Source: Ignavibacteria bacterium (GTDB taxonomy: Bacteria; Bacteroidota; Ignavibacteria; Ignavibacteriales; Ignavibacteriaceae). From it: 64,000 bases of DNA. Every line of letters starts with the position of its first letter. Within the stretch, counting starts at the first letter, position 1. Made by a program: the position numbers and the translations under genes. Of this stretch, positions 8,634-20,130 are shown piece by piece. The stretch covers positions 12,010-76,009 of the forward strand of contig JAUYAB010000004.1 in assembly GCA_030693705.1 (NCBI GenBank), given 5' to 3'. The notes under the pieces were generated by a model that saw only the letters and a list, made by a program, of their open reading frames with translations, was not told where the DNA came from and ran no database searches.

Positions 8634-11600
8634 TTATTTCATTAAAATGAATTTCTTAATCTGATTGAAATTACCCGCAGAGATTTTGTAGAAATACATT
8701 CCGCTGGACAATCTATCGGCATCAAAACGGATGCTGTATCTTCCCGCATTCTTGTACTCATTTACCATCGAGGCAACTTGCTTGCCAAGAACATCATAGA
8801 TTGTTAAACTAACAAATTCCGAATTAGGAAGATCGAACGAAATTGTGGTTGATGGATTGAACGGATTTGGGTAATTTTGATAGAGATTGAACTCTGTTGG
8901 AATTCCCGTTCCGTCCGCAACATCGGTTATCATTAAAACAGCTTCATTAGTAGTGCCGCTTTCGTTACCTGAATAATCTATAGCAGTAATTTTGTAGTAG
9001 TAGGTATTTCCGTTTTCGACCGTTGCATCAATAAATGCATTATCGGCTACTCTTGTTATCCTATTATCACTCGAGATCGTGAAATTTGGAAGAGTACTTC
9101 TGTAAACTGCATAATACTGAAGGTCGGGATCAACATTCTTTTCCCAATTAAGTGCTGCGTTGCTCCCTTGTAATGCAACAGCAAAACTTGTCGGCACTCT
9201 TGGGGCAAGATTATCTAACGAATATCCGCTGGCAGGATCGGATGCAGCAATTAATATAGGATTCATTCCATGTGCAATCACCTTAAATGTGGAGAGGAAT
9301 AATCCTTCAGTTTTTGTCGAATCGAATATTGTTACTGCAATTGCAGAATAGTCCACTTGAGAAATTGCTGGAACTTCAACTGCAAATGTCCATAAATCTT
9401 TATCTAATCTCCAGATACTGTATTTAGCAATCGGATTATTCTTCAAGCCGTCATTTTTCGAGGCGCTCCATGTTACAAAAACATGTCTTCCGTTATCGTT
9501 CGGTACATCAAATATTTTTGTGATGACAGGTTTATCAAGAAGTGAATCATTTACAAAAGTTTTTGTAATTAATAATTGAAGGATATTACTGTCGCCACTT
9601 AGATTAAGTGATTGATCAAACGCTTTTAGTTTGAAGAAATAATTTGTCGGGGCATCATTAATCAATGGAAGCCCGGTAACAAGATAGTTATTCCTATCAA
9701 GCACTAACAAAGGAGAATTTCCCTGGTTAGCGCCTATGCCATTCCAGATTGTGGAATCGAGAGAATAGAATAACTGGTAACCGCCGAAATCAGGTTCTAT
9801 ATTTTTAGTCCAGGTGAAAGTGGCAGAAGCATTTCCAATCGAATTTCCTGCAAAATTCTTCGGTGCAGCCGGTGGTACATTATCGGGTACCATTATCGCA
9901 CGATAAACGAATTTTGTATCGGCATTGTCGGCTGTTATAGTGGCGGTAAAGACGTTAAATCCGGTTGAATCTGGATTTGCGCGGACGAAAAATGTTGCTG
10001 ATGCTGAACCCTTTGCTGGAATATTTCCGAGCTGTACGACCATCAGACCGTTTTCCAAACTTAATCCATTTTTCAAATCCAAAGTTACAGCAACATTGGA
10101 GGCAGAAACACTTCCGGTATTAAAAATGTCGTATCTAACATAAAAAGGATTTGGGAAAAGATTACCATTCTCTACCGTAAGCGCTGAGGGAGCTGTTACA
10201 TTAACCGCTAATGGCGGAAGCAGATCTTTGTTCGAGCGTAAAAATCGTTGTGCTCTATTATTTGATTTATTTGATTCAACTACATAATTATTCGGATCAA
10301 TTTTAATTACGAGACTGTGAAATTCAGGTCTAATTGGAATGATATAATCGAAAACAAAGAGTCCGGTTTCGCCTGCTTTAATTAAAGGCAAAACATCATT
10401 GGCGATCGGTACAGCATTACCAGCATCCGGATCACCGTCGTAACCAACTACCGGAATGTTCATTGCATCAACTGCACTTGTGTTATGAATTGTAACATGC
10501 ACGGTAATTTTATCACCGGGAACGTAAAGGCTGTCCGGGATTGAGAAATGAATATCATCAACTGAAAGCGTTAAATCCGGAAGTTTAGCTGCATAGCTTA
10601 GCGGCATAAAATCAGCTCCCGCTCCACCATTACTTTGCAGAACTGAGACGTTACCGCTTCCTTCGATTTTGTAAACATAGTTTCCATAATCGGAAGAGAA
10701 ATTATATACCTCACCGTAATTCAAGGTACTGTTATAGATTTCTGTTGCCGAAGGATAAGGATATTCTGTGTTCAGCCCAAGGCGGGTGATCTTAACAGTA
10801 TTCTGGTTATCAAATGAAAAAACATGGATCTTACTTGCTATTGTTGGTACAAAAAATAACTTTCCTGCACCGGTCCCGGTTTCATCAATAGCGCGGGTCA
10901 TGTAGTAATAACTTCCCGACCACCCGGCGTATGGAATGTTTGCTGTTGTCAACGGACCTTGTGAGGTAACTGCCCAATAAGTGGGCGCATAGATTCCCTT
11001 CGTGTAGACTTGCCCTCTCATAAGTGTTGCAGTATCAATTACACTTCCATCATCAATATTTTTAATCGTGAAAAAATTATTGTCTGCATAGGACGTAACA
11101 GTTATGCTATTCGTCCAACCACCTTCATAAGCAGAATAGCCATAAAATTCCGTTCCGGTGAAAGTACCGTTGGCAGAAGGGACATAATAATCCTGATCGG
11201 TATACGATAAAGCGGAAATTGGTTTCGTGCCGTTTACTTGTAAAGCAGTGCTATAAATGGATGAGAGTAGTCCAGCCTGACGAAAAGAGAAATATTTCCC
11301 TTTATCTATAGTTCCGGCATAGATGATGTCGTTCGTTTTCAAGTTCTTAACTGTAAACCCGGTATTATCTTCATATCCAAAAATTACGAACTCATCTTGA
11401 CTTGCGTTAAACTGCCGCATCATCCAGGTGTTTAATTTAAGCGAAACTCCTTTACCCGCTTCATCCACTGCAAAATAGCCGTTCACATAATTATTGATAG
11501 CATCACCAACAAGAATAGTGAATGATTTATTTGCAACGATTCTATAAATACCACTACCGGGACTGACGTTATAAATAGTATCGGCTACAAGTGTTTGTTC

Positions 11601-11879
11601 AGCAGTCAAAGATCCTGACTGATTATAAATTTTTACTTGTGTATCATTGAAATATGAAAACACCACCAAGTCTCCAAAGGTGTAAACTGTTGTTTCAAAC
11701 GAATCAGCAGAAACTTGTTGAGCGAATGAAAATGTAGAATTCTGTTTTTCCGTACTCAATGCTGACTGAGGTTTGAAGTTTGGTGGAGCTCCAGCAAAAG
11801 GTTGTGTTTTCTGCTGAGCCAAAATATTGAAGCAGAGAACAAAGAAAACAAACAAAGTTGAAAGTACTTTAATTTTCAT
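8634..11879 (-). CDS. Large secreted protein with a T9SS C-terminal sorting domain (CARDB/FN3-like repeats likely)
   Basis: Signal peptide at the N-terminus. The C-terminus (LYQNYPNPFNPSTTISFDLP...GMYFYKISAG) matches the type-A Por/T9SS sorting-domain pattern. Confidence 0.8.
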   Translation of the reverse strand: MKIKVLSTLFVFFVLCFNILAQQKTQPFAGAPPNFKPQSALSTEKQNSTFSFAQQVSADSFETTVYTFGDLVVFSYFNDTQVKIYNQSGSLTAEQTLVADTIYNVSPGSGIYRIVANKSFTILVGDAINNYVNGYFAVDEAGKGVSLKLNTWMMRQFNASQDEFVIFGYEDNTGFTVKNLKTNDIIYAGTIDKGKYFSFRQAGLLSSIYSTALQVNGTKPISALSYTDQDYYVPSANGTFTGTEFYGYSAYEGGWTNSITVTSYADNNFFTIKNIDDGSVIDTATLMRGQVYTKGIYAPTYWAVTSQGPLTTANIPYAGWSGSYYYMTRAIDETGTGAGKLFFVPTIASKIHVFSFDNQNTVKITRLGLNTEYPYPSATEIYNSTLNYGEVYNFSSDYGNYVYKIEGSGNVSVLQSNGGAGADFMPLSYAAKLPDLTLSVDDIHFSIPDSLYVPGDKITVHVTIHNTSAVDAMNIPVVGYDGDPDAGNAVPIANDVLPLIKAGETGLFVFDYIIPIRPEFHSLVIKIDPNNYVVESNKSNNRAQRFLRSNKDLLPPLAVNVTAPSALTVENGNLFPNPFYVRYDIFNTGSVSASNVAVTLDLKNGLSLENGLMVVQLGNIPAKGSASATFFVRANPDSTGFNVFTATITADNADTKFVYRAIMVPDNVPPAAPKNFAGNSIGNASATFTWTKNIEPDFGGYQLFYSLDSTIWNGIGANQGNSPLLVLDRNNYLVTGLPLINDAPTNYFFKLKAFDQSLNLSGDSNILQLLITKTFVNDSLLDKPVITKIFDVPNDNGRHVFVTWSASKNDGLKNNPIAKYSIWRLDKDLWTFAVEVPAISQVDYSAIAVTIFDSTKTEGLFLSTFKVIAHGMNPILIAASDPASGYSLDNLAPRVPTSFAVALQGSNAALNWEKNVDPDLQYYAVYRSTLPNFTISSDNRITRVADNAFIDATVENGNTYYYKITAIDYSGNESGTTNEAVLMITDVADGTGIPTEFNLYQNYPNPFNPSTTISFDLPNSEFVSLTIYDVLGKQVASMVNEYKNAGRYSIRFDADRLSSGMYFYKISAGNFNQIKKFILMK

Positions 11880-12035
11880 AGAGCCTCCGAAAGAAAAATT
11901 ATTAAATAGTTAAATAAGCGGTGGAAACATGGAAAATTACTTTGTGATTGTCAATGATAATTTTTTATCAATAATGCGGATGTGATGCTAAGCAATCGGT
12001 GTAGAAAGATGGGAAATACTATACTTTTGTTTTTT

Positions 12036-13352
12036 TTAGAAGATAAATCCGTAACCTAAAATTAGTAAAGCTGCAAGTATAAAGAATCCAAAACCTAGGG
12101 TTGTGTATCGAGCCATCAATTTGGTTCCAAGGATAATTGCAATTATTCCTTTAAAAAGAAGATTCGCAAACAACGCAATAATAATTGAATTGAGAGCAAC
12201 AGCAGGTTGGACACTATTTTTAACTGATAGCTGCGCCATCGTCAAAGTGATCGCATCGATGTTAGTTAAGCCTGAGATAAAACTAACGAAGTACGTTCCT
12301 CTATCTCCAAAATTTATTTGAGCGAGTTTAGAAAAAAGAAGGATCGCTCCAAATATTAACCCGAAGTAAAGAGCGGATTTTAGCTCAAAAGGATTTTTTA
12401 GATCAATTCCTGTTAATTCAATGGTATTAATCTTTTTCCACATCACTAAACTTAATACAATACCAACGACCATAAAAATTACAATTGGAATAACCGCCAA
12501 CTTCGCAAGTTCTACATTAACAACAGCAATTTCTAAAAGAACTTTTGGGAACACCATCGTGGTTGCAATTAAAATTCCTACACCAAAATTGGAAGAGAGG
12601 GCGTCATTCTCTTTACTTTTTTTTGCAAATGAAAATGTTAAGGCTGTACTTGAAACCAAACCGCCAAAAATGGAAGTGACTGATATTCCCTTTTTATATC
12701 CGACGTATTTAGTTAAAACATATCCGAGAAAACTTATCAGTGCGATAAAAATTACCATCATCCATATCAATCTAAGATTGATTACGTTGTTCGGACCAAA
12801 TGAGCGTTCCGGTAGAAGTGGGAAAATAATAATCGTTACGATCGAAAGTTTTAACACAGCAAAAATATCTTCGCCTGTTACGTTTTCCACAAATTGATGA
12901 AGCTGAATTTTCAATGACAGAAATACAGCCATAATTACCGCTACAATTGCGGCTATGAGAATGAAATTCCAGTAGATCATTGAACCGAGCACAAAAACCA
13001 TTAGCGCGGAAAGTTCTGTAGTTATGCCGATCCTGCCGCCTCGTGCGGTATTGTAATAAGAAAGTCCCACAAGAATTATGACTGATGCAACGAATACAAA
13101 ATAGTAAGTTATGTTAATGTAAGAAGCCAGCATTGCGGAAATAAATCCGTACATTGCTATAAGTGGGAACGTCCGGATACCGGCAAATGATTTTGCCCCC
13201 GGAGTTCTCGAATGTTCCCGCTCCAATCCTATCAACGCGCCGATCAATATCGCAATTCCCAATTTCTGGATTAAGATAAAAAGTTCATCATACGTAAACT
13301 GCGTTTGCATTTGTTTAATAATATCCGGAAGTAATTTTAGACTATCGACCAT
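12036..13352 (-). CDS. MgtC/SapB-family integral membrane protein with a DUF4010-like C-terminal extension
   Basis: Polytopic membrane protein of about 12 hydrophobic segments with the MgtC-type LIGLEREHS motif near the N-terminus. Confidence 0.7.
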   Translation of the reverse strand: MVDSLKLLPDIIKQMQTQFTYDELFILIQKLGIAILIGALIGLEREHSRTPGAKSFAGIRTFPLIAMYGFISAMLASYINITYYFVFVASVIILVGLSYYNTARGGRIGITTELSALMVFVLGSMIYWNFILIAAIVAVIMAVFLSLKIQLHQFVENVTGEDIFAVLKLSIVTIIIFPLLPERSFGPNNVINLRLIWMMVIFIALISFLGYVLTKYVGYKKGISVTSIFGGLVSSTALTFSFAKKSKENDALSSNFGVGILIATTMVFPKVLLEIAVVNVELAKLAVIPIVIFMVVGIVLSLVMWKKINTIELTGIDLKNPFELKSALYFGLIFGAILLFSKLAQINFGDRGTYFVSFISGLTNIDAITLTMAQLSVKNSVQPAVALNSIIIALFANLLFKGIIAIILGTKLMARYTTLGFGFFILAALLILGYGFIF

Positions 13353-13353
13353 A

Positions 13354-14718
13354 TCAACTCACGTAAATTGTTTTTATGTTCACAAATTCTCTTATTCCGA
13401 AAAGCCCGAGTTCTCTGCCGTAACCGGATTGATTTATTCCTCCAAACGGTAATCGCGGATCAGACTTTACGAATGAGTTTACAAAACAAGAACCTGCTAA
13501 TAATTTTTCTTTAGCAATGCGCTCCCCTTTTTCAAGATCTTTGGTAAACACTGCTGCGCCTAATCCAAAAACGGTTTTGTTAGCTAACCGAATCGCATCT
13601 TCTTCATTGTTCGCTTTTATTAAAGGAGCCACCGGTCCAAATATCTCCTCTGTGAAAGCGATATTATGTTCATCAACATCAGTAAGAACAGTTGGCGGAT
13701 AGAATGCACCTTTTCCTTCCGGAAGAAAACCGCCAAGAAGAATTTGTGCACCTTGCGCTGCACTTTTATCCACTTGTGTCTGCAATTCATCCCGCAAATC
13801 TATTCTCGCTTGTGGTCCAATATGGTTTGATTCATCAAATGGATTTCCCATTTTTTTTGATTTCATCTCTTCAACAAAGAGGTCTTTAAATTGCTCATAA
13901 ACTTCTTCCACGATAATAAATCTTTTTGCCGCAATACAACTTTGACCACCGTTTATCAGTCTTGAAGCAACACAAGTTTTAGCAGCGAGTTCTAAATCGG
14001 CATCTTGAAGAATAACGTAAGGATCACTGCCGCCAAGTTCGAGCACTGATTTTTTTAAAACATTTCCGGCAATCGATGCAACCGACTTCCCCGCGGGAGT
14101 ACTGCCGGTAATGGTAACAGCTTTCACTAACGGATGCTCGATTACCTGTTTTACTTTTGATGACGAAATCAGCAAAGTATGGAAAAGATGTTGTTCAAAT
14201 CCGGCATCGTGAAATATTTTTTCAATCGCTAAAGCCGTGCCCGAAACGTTGGAGGAATGTTTTAACAGGCAAACATTTCCCGCAAGTAAATTAGGAACCG
14301 CGAAACGAAAGACTTGCCAGAATGGGAAATTCCACGGCATTACTGCAAGGATAATACCCAATGGTTGGAATGACACAAAACTCTTTCTTGCGTCGGTTGG
14401 AATTATTTCATCAGCTAAAAAATGTTCGGCATTTTCACAATAATAATTGCAGAGCCAAATACATTTGTCTATTTCTGCTCTTGATTGAACGATCGGCTTT
14501 CCCATTTCGAGTGTCATCAATTTAGAAAATTCTTCTTTTCGTTTTTCTAAAACCGAAGCGACCTGAAGCATCAATTGAGTTCTTTGCGAAAGAGGTGTAT
14601 TTCTATACCGAAGAAATGCTATCTCTGCATTTTCTATTAGATTAATTATTTTGTTCTCAGAATATTCTTCGTATTCTGCAAGCGGTTCTTCTGTGGTTGG
14701 ATCAATTGAATAGATCAT
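13354..14718 (-). CDS. NAD(P)-dependent succinate-semialdehyde / aldehyde dehydrogenase
   Basis: Aldehyde dehydrogenase family hallmarks (VLELGGSDP with the catalytic Glu, GQSCIAAKR with the catalytic Cys). The 454-aa length is typical of the SSADH subgroup. Confidence 0.85.
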   Translation of the reverse strand: MIYSIDPTTEEPLAEYEEYSENKIINLIENAEIAFLRYRNTPLSQRTQLMLQVASVLEKRKEEFSKLMTLEMGKPIVQSRAEIDKCIWLCNYYCENAEHFLADEIIPTDARKSFVSFQPLGIILAVMPWNFPFWQVFRFAVPNLLAGNVCLLKHSSNVSGTALAIEKIFHDAGFEQHLFHTLLISSSKVKQVIEHPLVKAVTITGSTPAGKSVASIAGNVLKKSVLELGGSDPYVILQDADLELAAKTCVASRLINGGQSCIAAKRFIIVEEVYEQFKDLFVEEMKSKKMGNPFDESNHIGPQARIDLRDELQTQVDKSAAQGAQILLGGFLPEGKGAFYPPTVLTDVDEHNIAFTEEIFGPVAPLIKANNEEDAIRLANKTVFGLGAAVFTKDLEKGERIAKEKLLAGSCFVNSFVKSDPRLPFGGINQSGYGRELGLFGIREFVNIKTIYVS

Positions 14719-14759
14719 TATAAATTATATCCAATTAGCGTTAATTAAGTTGCACCAAA

Positions 14760-15995
14760 TTAATTTTCTTTTTTCTTAATTACAACTACTGTTTTATCGT
14801 CGTTGTATTCTCCTCCTTCGGAATATTTCACCACTGCTTCTATGAGTAATGCTGCAATTTCTTTAGAAGAACGATTCACATTTTCAATTAAAATTGTTTC
14901 AATTTTCTTTTCACCGAATGCTTCGAACTTTTTATCAGCCGAATCAATCATACCGTCACTGTAAATTAAAAGAACGTCCCCTTTCTCAAACATGATGCTA
15001 TCAACAGTGTAATTGGCTTTTGGAGCCGGTCCTAAAACCGGTCCGGTAGGATTGAGATAATATATTTTTTTTTCTTTTCTTTTATAAAAGAATGGAGGAT
15101 TATGCCCTGCATTTGAATAAAGGAATAACCCGGATTTATCATTCGACAACTCACCATAAAAGAAAGAACTGAATTTATCATCACTGAATATTTTATTTAC
15201 AAGTGTGTTTATTCTTCGCATCAATGTCACAATTTTTATTTCGAACGTCATCGCCATACGGATTGCGCCGGAAATGTACATTGCTTCGGCAGAAGCTGCA
15301 ATCCCTTTGCTTGCTGCATCTCCCAGTACGATGCCTAAGCGGTCTTTATCATCACCAATTTCAAGGTAATCGAAAAAATCGCCGCCGACAATTTCCGCCG
15401 GATAAGTAATTCCGTAAAGATCATAATCAAAGAATGGATATTCATGCTGCGGAAGAATTGATTTTTGTAATTGCCTGGCTTTATCAATATCGGCTTTGAG
15501 TGAACGCTCACTTTTGGAGGAACGCCACTGTTTCAATTTTGCGGTAACGACCGTAACAATAATGTTAAGCGAATATTTGTATTCCGAACTTGTGTTGGGA
15601 CTGTTAAACGCGATAAGATATTCGTAATATTTTTTCCCGTTCAGTTTAATTTTGTTACCGACACCTGAAGCATAATATCGAGAGATTCCCTTCTTTTTCA
15701 GAAAATCGTTCGTCTCAGAGCGAAGAACCGTTCTTTCTTTTTCTAAATTATCGAATAAAGGATAGTCGCTTATTGAAAGAATAAAATCACTACTGATCTT
15801 AGATTTTTTCGCGGTTTGATAAATAATTTCGTACCCTTGTTTGTCGATCGAGAATTGCCAAATTCTTCCTCCAAGAATTTGAATATCTTGCTGCTTTACA
15901 AGTTCCTGAACAACAGCAACAAGCATGTCAATTTCCCCTGCAAAGAACTTTGAAGTAATTGTTTCAATGGTTTGATGGAGATCCCGGTAATACAT
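14760..15995 (-). CDS. PP2C-type (SpoIIE/RsbU-like) serine phosphatase with an N-terminal sensor region
   Basis: C-terminal PPM motifs GGDFFDY, LGDAASKG, YSDGMIDS and DDKTVVVIK. Confidence 0.8.
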   Translation of the reverse strand: MYYRDLHQTIETITSKFFAGEIDMLVAVVQELVKQQDIQILGGRIWQFSIDKQGYEIIYQTAKKSKISSDFILSISDYPLFDNLEKERTVLRSETNDFLKKKGISRYYASGVGNKIKLNGKKYYEYLIAFNSPNTSSEYKYSLNIIVTVVTAKLKQWRSSKSERSLKADIDKARQLQKSILPQHEYPFFDYDLYGITYPAEIVGGDFFDYLEIGDDKDRLGIVLGDAASKGIAASAEAMYISGAIRMAMTFEIKIVTLMRRINTLVNKIFSDDKFSSFFYGELSNDKSGLFLYSNAGHNPPFFYKRKEKKIYYLNPTGPVLGPAPKANYTVDSIMFEKGDVLLIYSDGMIDSADKKFEAFGEKKIETILIENVNRSSKEIAALLIEAVVKYSEGGEYNDDKTVVVIKKKEN

Positions 15996-16068
15996 AAGTT
16001 CTCAGTTTATTGATGTGAACGACACTCTACACTTTAAGTAACGCCTGGTTGTGCCAGTAAGTTCAACT

Positions 16069-17337
16069 TTACTTCGTATAAAAATCAATCATTTGTTTAA
16101 TTGCTTTTTTACAAACCGGACAGAAATTGTTTATCGAAGCCGATTTCATGGAACAATCATAACTTGGGCGAAAAATACCGGTCGGCATATAACCGCCTCC
16201 CTCAAATAATCCAACTTTGTTTAGGTACTGTGGATCATTCGGAGTAGGAATTGGAATATCCTTATTAATCATATCTTTCCATTTCGCATCGAAGTTGACT
16301 CTCGTGGTAAGATTAGCTTCAAGCGGTTCAACATCAGTTGGATAAAAATCTAAGTAAGCAGTTGAACTCGTATAATATTCATCACCTAAAAATGCAAACC
16401 CGTGACCGAACTCGTGAACAAAAATATATTCACTCCTCTCATTATCCGCAACACATACTGAATAATGGTTATAAATTGATCCGCCGCCATACTTTGAAGA
16501 ATTCACCAAAATATAAATTTGATCGTAAGGAGCATTCGCAGCGTAATCGCGGACGGCTTTATAATCCGAGGTCATACAATACCTATCTTCATCGAAGGTA
16601 AAAAATGTAGTATTTACATTTGTCCGTTTCCAAATATTCTTGCCGGGAATGTCTGTTCCGCTTTCTAGAGAAGGAGCTTCAATTCCCCAAATATTAAAAC
16701 TTTCTTTATTCTCTTTGTACGGAGAAGCATTAAATAAATATTGTGCGAACTTATTGCAATCATTCTTGAATTTTTCCATTTCATCTTTGGTGTAACCATC
16801 GGGAATGATCACAATATCAACTTTTGCTGCCGGTTCACCTGAGTAGTGAACTTTAAAGTTTGGATATTCATTTCGACGATCTTTTGCGATGAAATAATTT
16901 TTCGGACTGATCGTTAAAACAAATTTCTTGAGCAGTTCGTTTTTTCTGTCTCTTGAATATAATGTAACAACCACCGTTTGTTTTGGGAATGGGAAAACAA
17001 CCGATTCATTAAAACTTTTTTTATATTTTGTAGCTTCCTCAGTTGTTTGCCATTCAGAGAAAAGAGTTGAATAGTATTTTGAATAAATTATTGTTCCGGT
17101 TGCAGAATCCGCGACTTCCATTTTATATTTACCATAGTTGAAGGCATCAAGTAAATCTGTTTTGGAGCCGCCCCAATACGGTTCTTCCCGTAATTCATCA
17201 AACGAATATTCATCACTCGTTTTATCGCCGGTATGAAAATAATCGATCCTCAAAGTCTTATTTTCAAAATAAGTATCATATTTTATCTGTCCGTTTAGGG
17301 AGACGATTAAACTGAAGAACATAACAAAATATTTCAT
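16069..17337 (-). CDS. Peptidase M64 (IgA-peptidase-like) family protein, secreted
   Basis: HEFGHGFAFLGDEY zinc motif and an M64 N-terminal-like region (LRIDYFHTGD). The start is set at MKYFVMFF (signal peptide), which abuts the upstream stop. Confidence 0.8.
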   Translation of the reverse strand: MKYFVMFFSLIVSLNGQIKYDTYFENKTLRIDYFHTGDKTSDEYSFDELREEPYWGGSKTDLLDAFNYGKYKMEVADSATGTIIYSKYYSTLFSEWQTTEEATKYKKSFNESVVFPFPKQTVVVTLYSRDRKNELLKKFVLTISPKNYFIAKDRRNEYPNFKVHYSGEPAAKVDIVIIPDGYTKDEMEKFKNDCNKFAQYLFNASPYKENKESFNIWGIEAPSLESGTDIPGKNIWKRTNVNTTFFTFDEDRYCMTSDYKAVRDYAANAPYDQIYILVNSSKYGGGSIYNHYSVCVADNERSEYIFVHEFGHGFAFLGDEYYTSSTAYLDFYPTDVEPLEANLTTRVNFDAKWKDMINKDIPIPTPNDPQYLNKVGLFEGGGYMPTGIFRPSYDCSMKSASINNFCPVCKKAIKQMIDFYTK

Positions 17338-17338
17338 G

Positions 17339-18475
17339 TTAACTCTCATTATTTTTTTGTAAATGAACATCCATTTGTGGAAAAGGTATTTCTATTTTTT
17401 CTTTTCTAAATTCAATTAAAATTGCTTCTCTAAGATCACTTCCGAGTTTCGCATTATTTTGATACTGTTCCGTATAAACCGTTAGACGATAATTTATGCC
17501 GGAATCGCCTAACTTTATTAAAAAAGTATCGGGCGCAGGAGTCTTTGATACTAAAGGATTATTTTCCGCAACCGTCATCAATATCTTTTTCGCTTTGTCT
17601 ATATCACTATTATATGAAATCATAACTTCTACAACTACACGCGAAAGTGCAGAAGGATAAGTTAAGTTAACGATCCGCGATTTAACAATGTCATTGTTCG
17701 GAACAATTAAAATATTGTTATCAAAATCCAAAACCTTTGTGCTTCTTATTCCAATTTCAACAACGTCACCTATTAAGTCCGGATTAACTTTTATTCTATC
17801 ACCAATCCGGAATGGTCTATCGGTCATAATAATAAAGCCAGAAATCATATTTGAAATAGTTTCTTGCGCTGCCAATGCAATTGCAAGAGAGCCAACTCCA
17901 AGTGAAACGATAAATCCGCTAATATCAATTTTAAATTTTGATAGAACGATCACGAATGCGAGTGCGGTTAAAAGCAGTTTACTTATCTTTTGAAGAAGCG
18001 GGAATAAACTTCCGCTTAAATTTTTATTTTCACCGGAGTCGATCTTTCCTGAATACCAGTTGAACATTATCGTAATTATTCTGAATCCTATAACCAAAAG
18101 GATCAAAACGATTAATAAAAACAATGCGTAATCGGCTGCTATTACGATATCTTCGAAGTAAGGATGATAGGTAATTAACTTTTGCGGAGGACTGCCCGAC
18201 TTTAACGATAAACCACTTTTAAATATTCCCAAACCAACAGATAATCCAATCAAAATGATAATCTTAAAAAATGTTGATTTCATTAAATCATACATCTGAT
18301 CATCAATTTGAGTTTTTGAGCGTTTAACGATCGGCTTCAATAATTTTCTTAACGCCAAAGAAATCATTTTCCCTAAAACAATTATGATTGCCGCAACACT
18401 ACCACTAATGATTGCGATGTAAAGCAAATCATTATTAATATTATTCCGGAAATGCTGCAGCAAATTATTTATCAT
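17339..18475 (-). CDS. Mechanosensitive ion channel, MscS family
   Basis: Multiple N-terminal TM helices followed by the MscS pore/beta-domain pattern ([29 protein letters not shown]). Confidence 0.85.
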   Translation of the reverse strand: MINNLLQHFRNNINNDLLYIAIISGSVAAIIIVLGKMISLALRKLLKPIVKRSKTQIDDQMYDLMKSTFFKIIILIGLSVGLGIFKSGLSLKSGSPPQKLITYHPYFEDIVIAADYALFLLIVLILLVIGFRIITIMFNWYSGKIDSGENKNLSGSLFPLLQKISKLLLTALAFVIVLSKFKIDISGFIVSLGVGSLAIALAAQETISNMISGFIIMTDRPFRIGDRIKVNPDLIGDVVEIGIRSTKVLDFDNNILIVPNNDIVKSRIVNLTYPSALSRVVVEVMISYNSDIDKAKKILMTVAENNPLVSKTPAPDTFLIKLGDSGINYRLTVYTEQYQNNAKLGSDLREAILIEFRKEKIEIPFPQMDVHLQKNNES

Positions 18476-19056
18476 AAAATCTTTCGCGAACCCGGTTTAA
18501 TAATTGGAATATTTTCTTTGCAGAGATTACAATTCTCCGGCTCAAAGGAAATTGCTTCGAGCGAAATTACACTTTTTTGCGGTACACCAAACTGAACTTT
18601 GCCGTTACTTCTATCAACAATAAATCCAACACCAACCAGAACAGCTTCTGCTTGTTTAACAATATCGATCACCTCAAAAACGGAACCGCCGGTTGTTACC
18701 ACATCTTCACAAACAAGAATCTTCTCTCCTTTCGCAATTGAAAATCCACGGCGCAACGTTAGTTTTTTGTCTTCACGTTCCGCAAAAATAAAACGCTTAT
18801 TTAATTGTCTGGCAACTTCCTGACCAACTACAATGCCGCCGATAGCGGGTGCAATAACTGTATCTATTTCAACATTTCGATAATGATCTGCGATCGATAC
18901 ACAAATCTGATCATTGTATTGCGGGTATTGAAGAACTTTTGCGCATTGGAAATAGACATTACTGTGTCTACCGGAAGTTAAAAGAAAATGTCCGCTTAAA
19001 AGCGCTTCCGTTTTCTTAAAAATATTTAGTAATTCTTCTTCTGTTAAATTTGCCAT
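18472..19056 (-). CDS. pyrE: Orotate phosphoribosyltransferase
   Basis: PRPP-binding motif ([13 protein letters not shown]) and 194-aa OPRTase-like architecture. It overlaps mscS by 4 nt. Confidence 0.9.
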   Translation of the reverse strand: MANLTEEELLNIFKKTEALLSGHFLLTSGRHSNVYFQCAKVLQYPQYNDQICVSIADHYRNVEIDTVIAPAIGGIVVGQEVARQLNKRFIFAEREDKKLTLRRGFSIAKGEKILVCEDVVTTGGSVFEVIDIVKQAEAVLVGVGFIVDRSNGKVQFGVPQKSVISLEAISFEPENCNLCKENIPIIKPGSRKIL

Positions 19057-19092
19057 ACTCTTTTTTCTTAATTACTTTTTAAGTTATAAATT

Positions 19093-20130
19093 TTAATTAG
19101 CTAATCGCTTTTTTAAAAGATGAATATATTCTATTTCACTTGGATCTTTGCCCCTTTGGATTGCGAGATAATAAGAAATCCAATCTGTCAAATAAATTAA
19201 ATCAAGCAGCCGTTCTTGAAAAGTTGCTTGTGAACTTGACAAAGAAATTATTTCAACTCCGACTTTGGTCAGCAATTCACCGGTAATTACGAACCGTTTT
19301 TTAATTTGCGGATGCGAACTTTCCTCTTCAATAAAAATTGCTTTTAATTTCGCAATGCGTTCATCGTATGTTTCCCATCCAATTATTTCATTATGGTTTA
19401 GTTCCGGGAAAGCATTGTGAAATGCATGGACTTTAGAATTTTCATTAAGCTGACATTTGAATCTGTTGCCTACCGCAGACGTTAAATCAGCAGTTGCATA
19501 TATTACCGGAAGAAATCCGACTAACTTTTCGGCAAGTTGAAAGGATAAATTATTCTCTGCGGAAAATTCATCACCGTTCTTTTTCCAAAGCGATATTGTT
19601 TTTTCAATTAGTTCTAAGGAAGTGGTTACTAACTTCAAAGTCTGCAATACTTTTAGCAAACTGAAAAAGCTCAATCCTAACGAGTAGCGTGGTTGATAAC
19701 CTTTTTGCAAAAGAATTACAGAAAGGTTTTCGCGATCAGCTATTTCTTTTATCATTCCTCCGGTTGTTAAACAAATGATTTGACATCTTCGTGTTAAGGC
19801 TTCATTTAAGACGGATATCGTCTCTTCAGTGTTACCCGAATATGAAGAAGCTAAAAGAAGCGTTGATTCATCCGCGTATTGTGGTATCGAATAATTTCTG
19901 TTTACCTGGAACGGCAACGAAATTTCATTCTGAAGAAAATTGGACATCAGATCGCCACTAATAGCTGAACCGCCAAGTCCGCTAACGATAATATTTTTTA
20001 TTCGTGAAGTGTCAATTCCCTCAAGATCATAGCTGTTGTTTCTTGCGTATTCTATTTGCTTATAAGAATTTTTTAATACCTCAAACTGATTTTCCGGGTC
20101 GTATTTTTTAACTAATTCCGCAATGGTCAT
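19093..20130 (-). CDS. Bifunctional phosphoglucose/phosphomannose isomerase (SIS domain)
   Basis: SIS-domain motifs (SGLGGSAISGD, SYSGNTEET). The 345-aa size fits the PGI/PMI family. It overlaps ptsI by 4 nt. Confidence 0.8.
   Translation of the reverse strand: MTIAELVKKYDPENQFEVLKNSYKQIEYARNNSYDLEGIDTSRIKNIIVSGLGGSAISGDLMSNFLQNEISLPFQVNRNYSIPQYADESTLLLASSYSGNTEETISVLNEALTRRCQIICLTTGGMIKEIADRENLSVILLQKGYQPRYSLGLSFFSLLKVLQTLKLVTTSLELIEKTISLWKKNGDEFSAENNLSFQLAEKLVGFLPVIYATADLTSAVGNRFKCQLNENSKVHAFHNAFPELNHNEIIGWETYDERIAKLKAIFIEEESSHPQIKKRFVITGELLTKVGVEIISLSSSQATFQERLLDLIYLTDWISYYLAIQRGKDPSEIEYIHLLKKRLAN

Noticed and set aside
12421-12897. 158-aa plus-strand ORF inside the MgtC-family gene, and similar antisense ORFs at 56536..57009, 49352..49723, 38419..38745 and 17688..17993
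   Set aside because: Each is fully embedded antisense in a gene with clear family motifs. Their composition reflects the mirror frame of the real gene.
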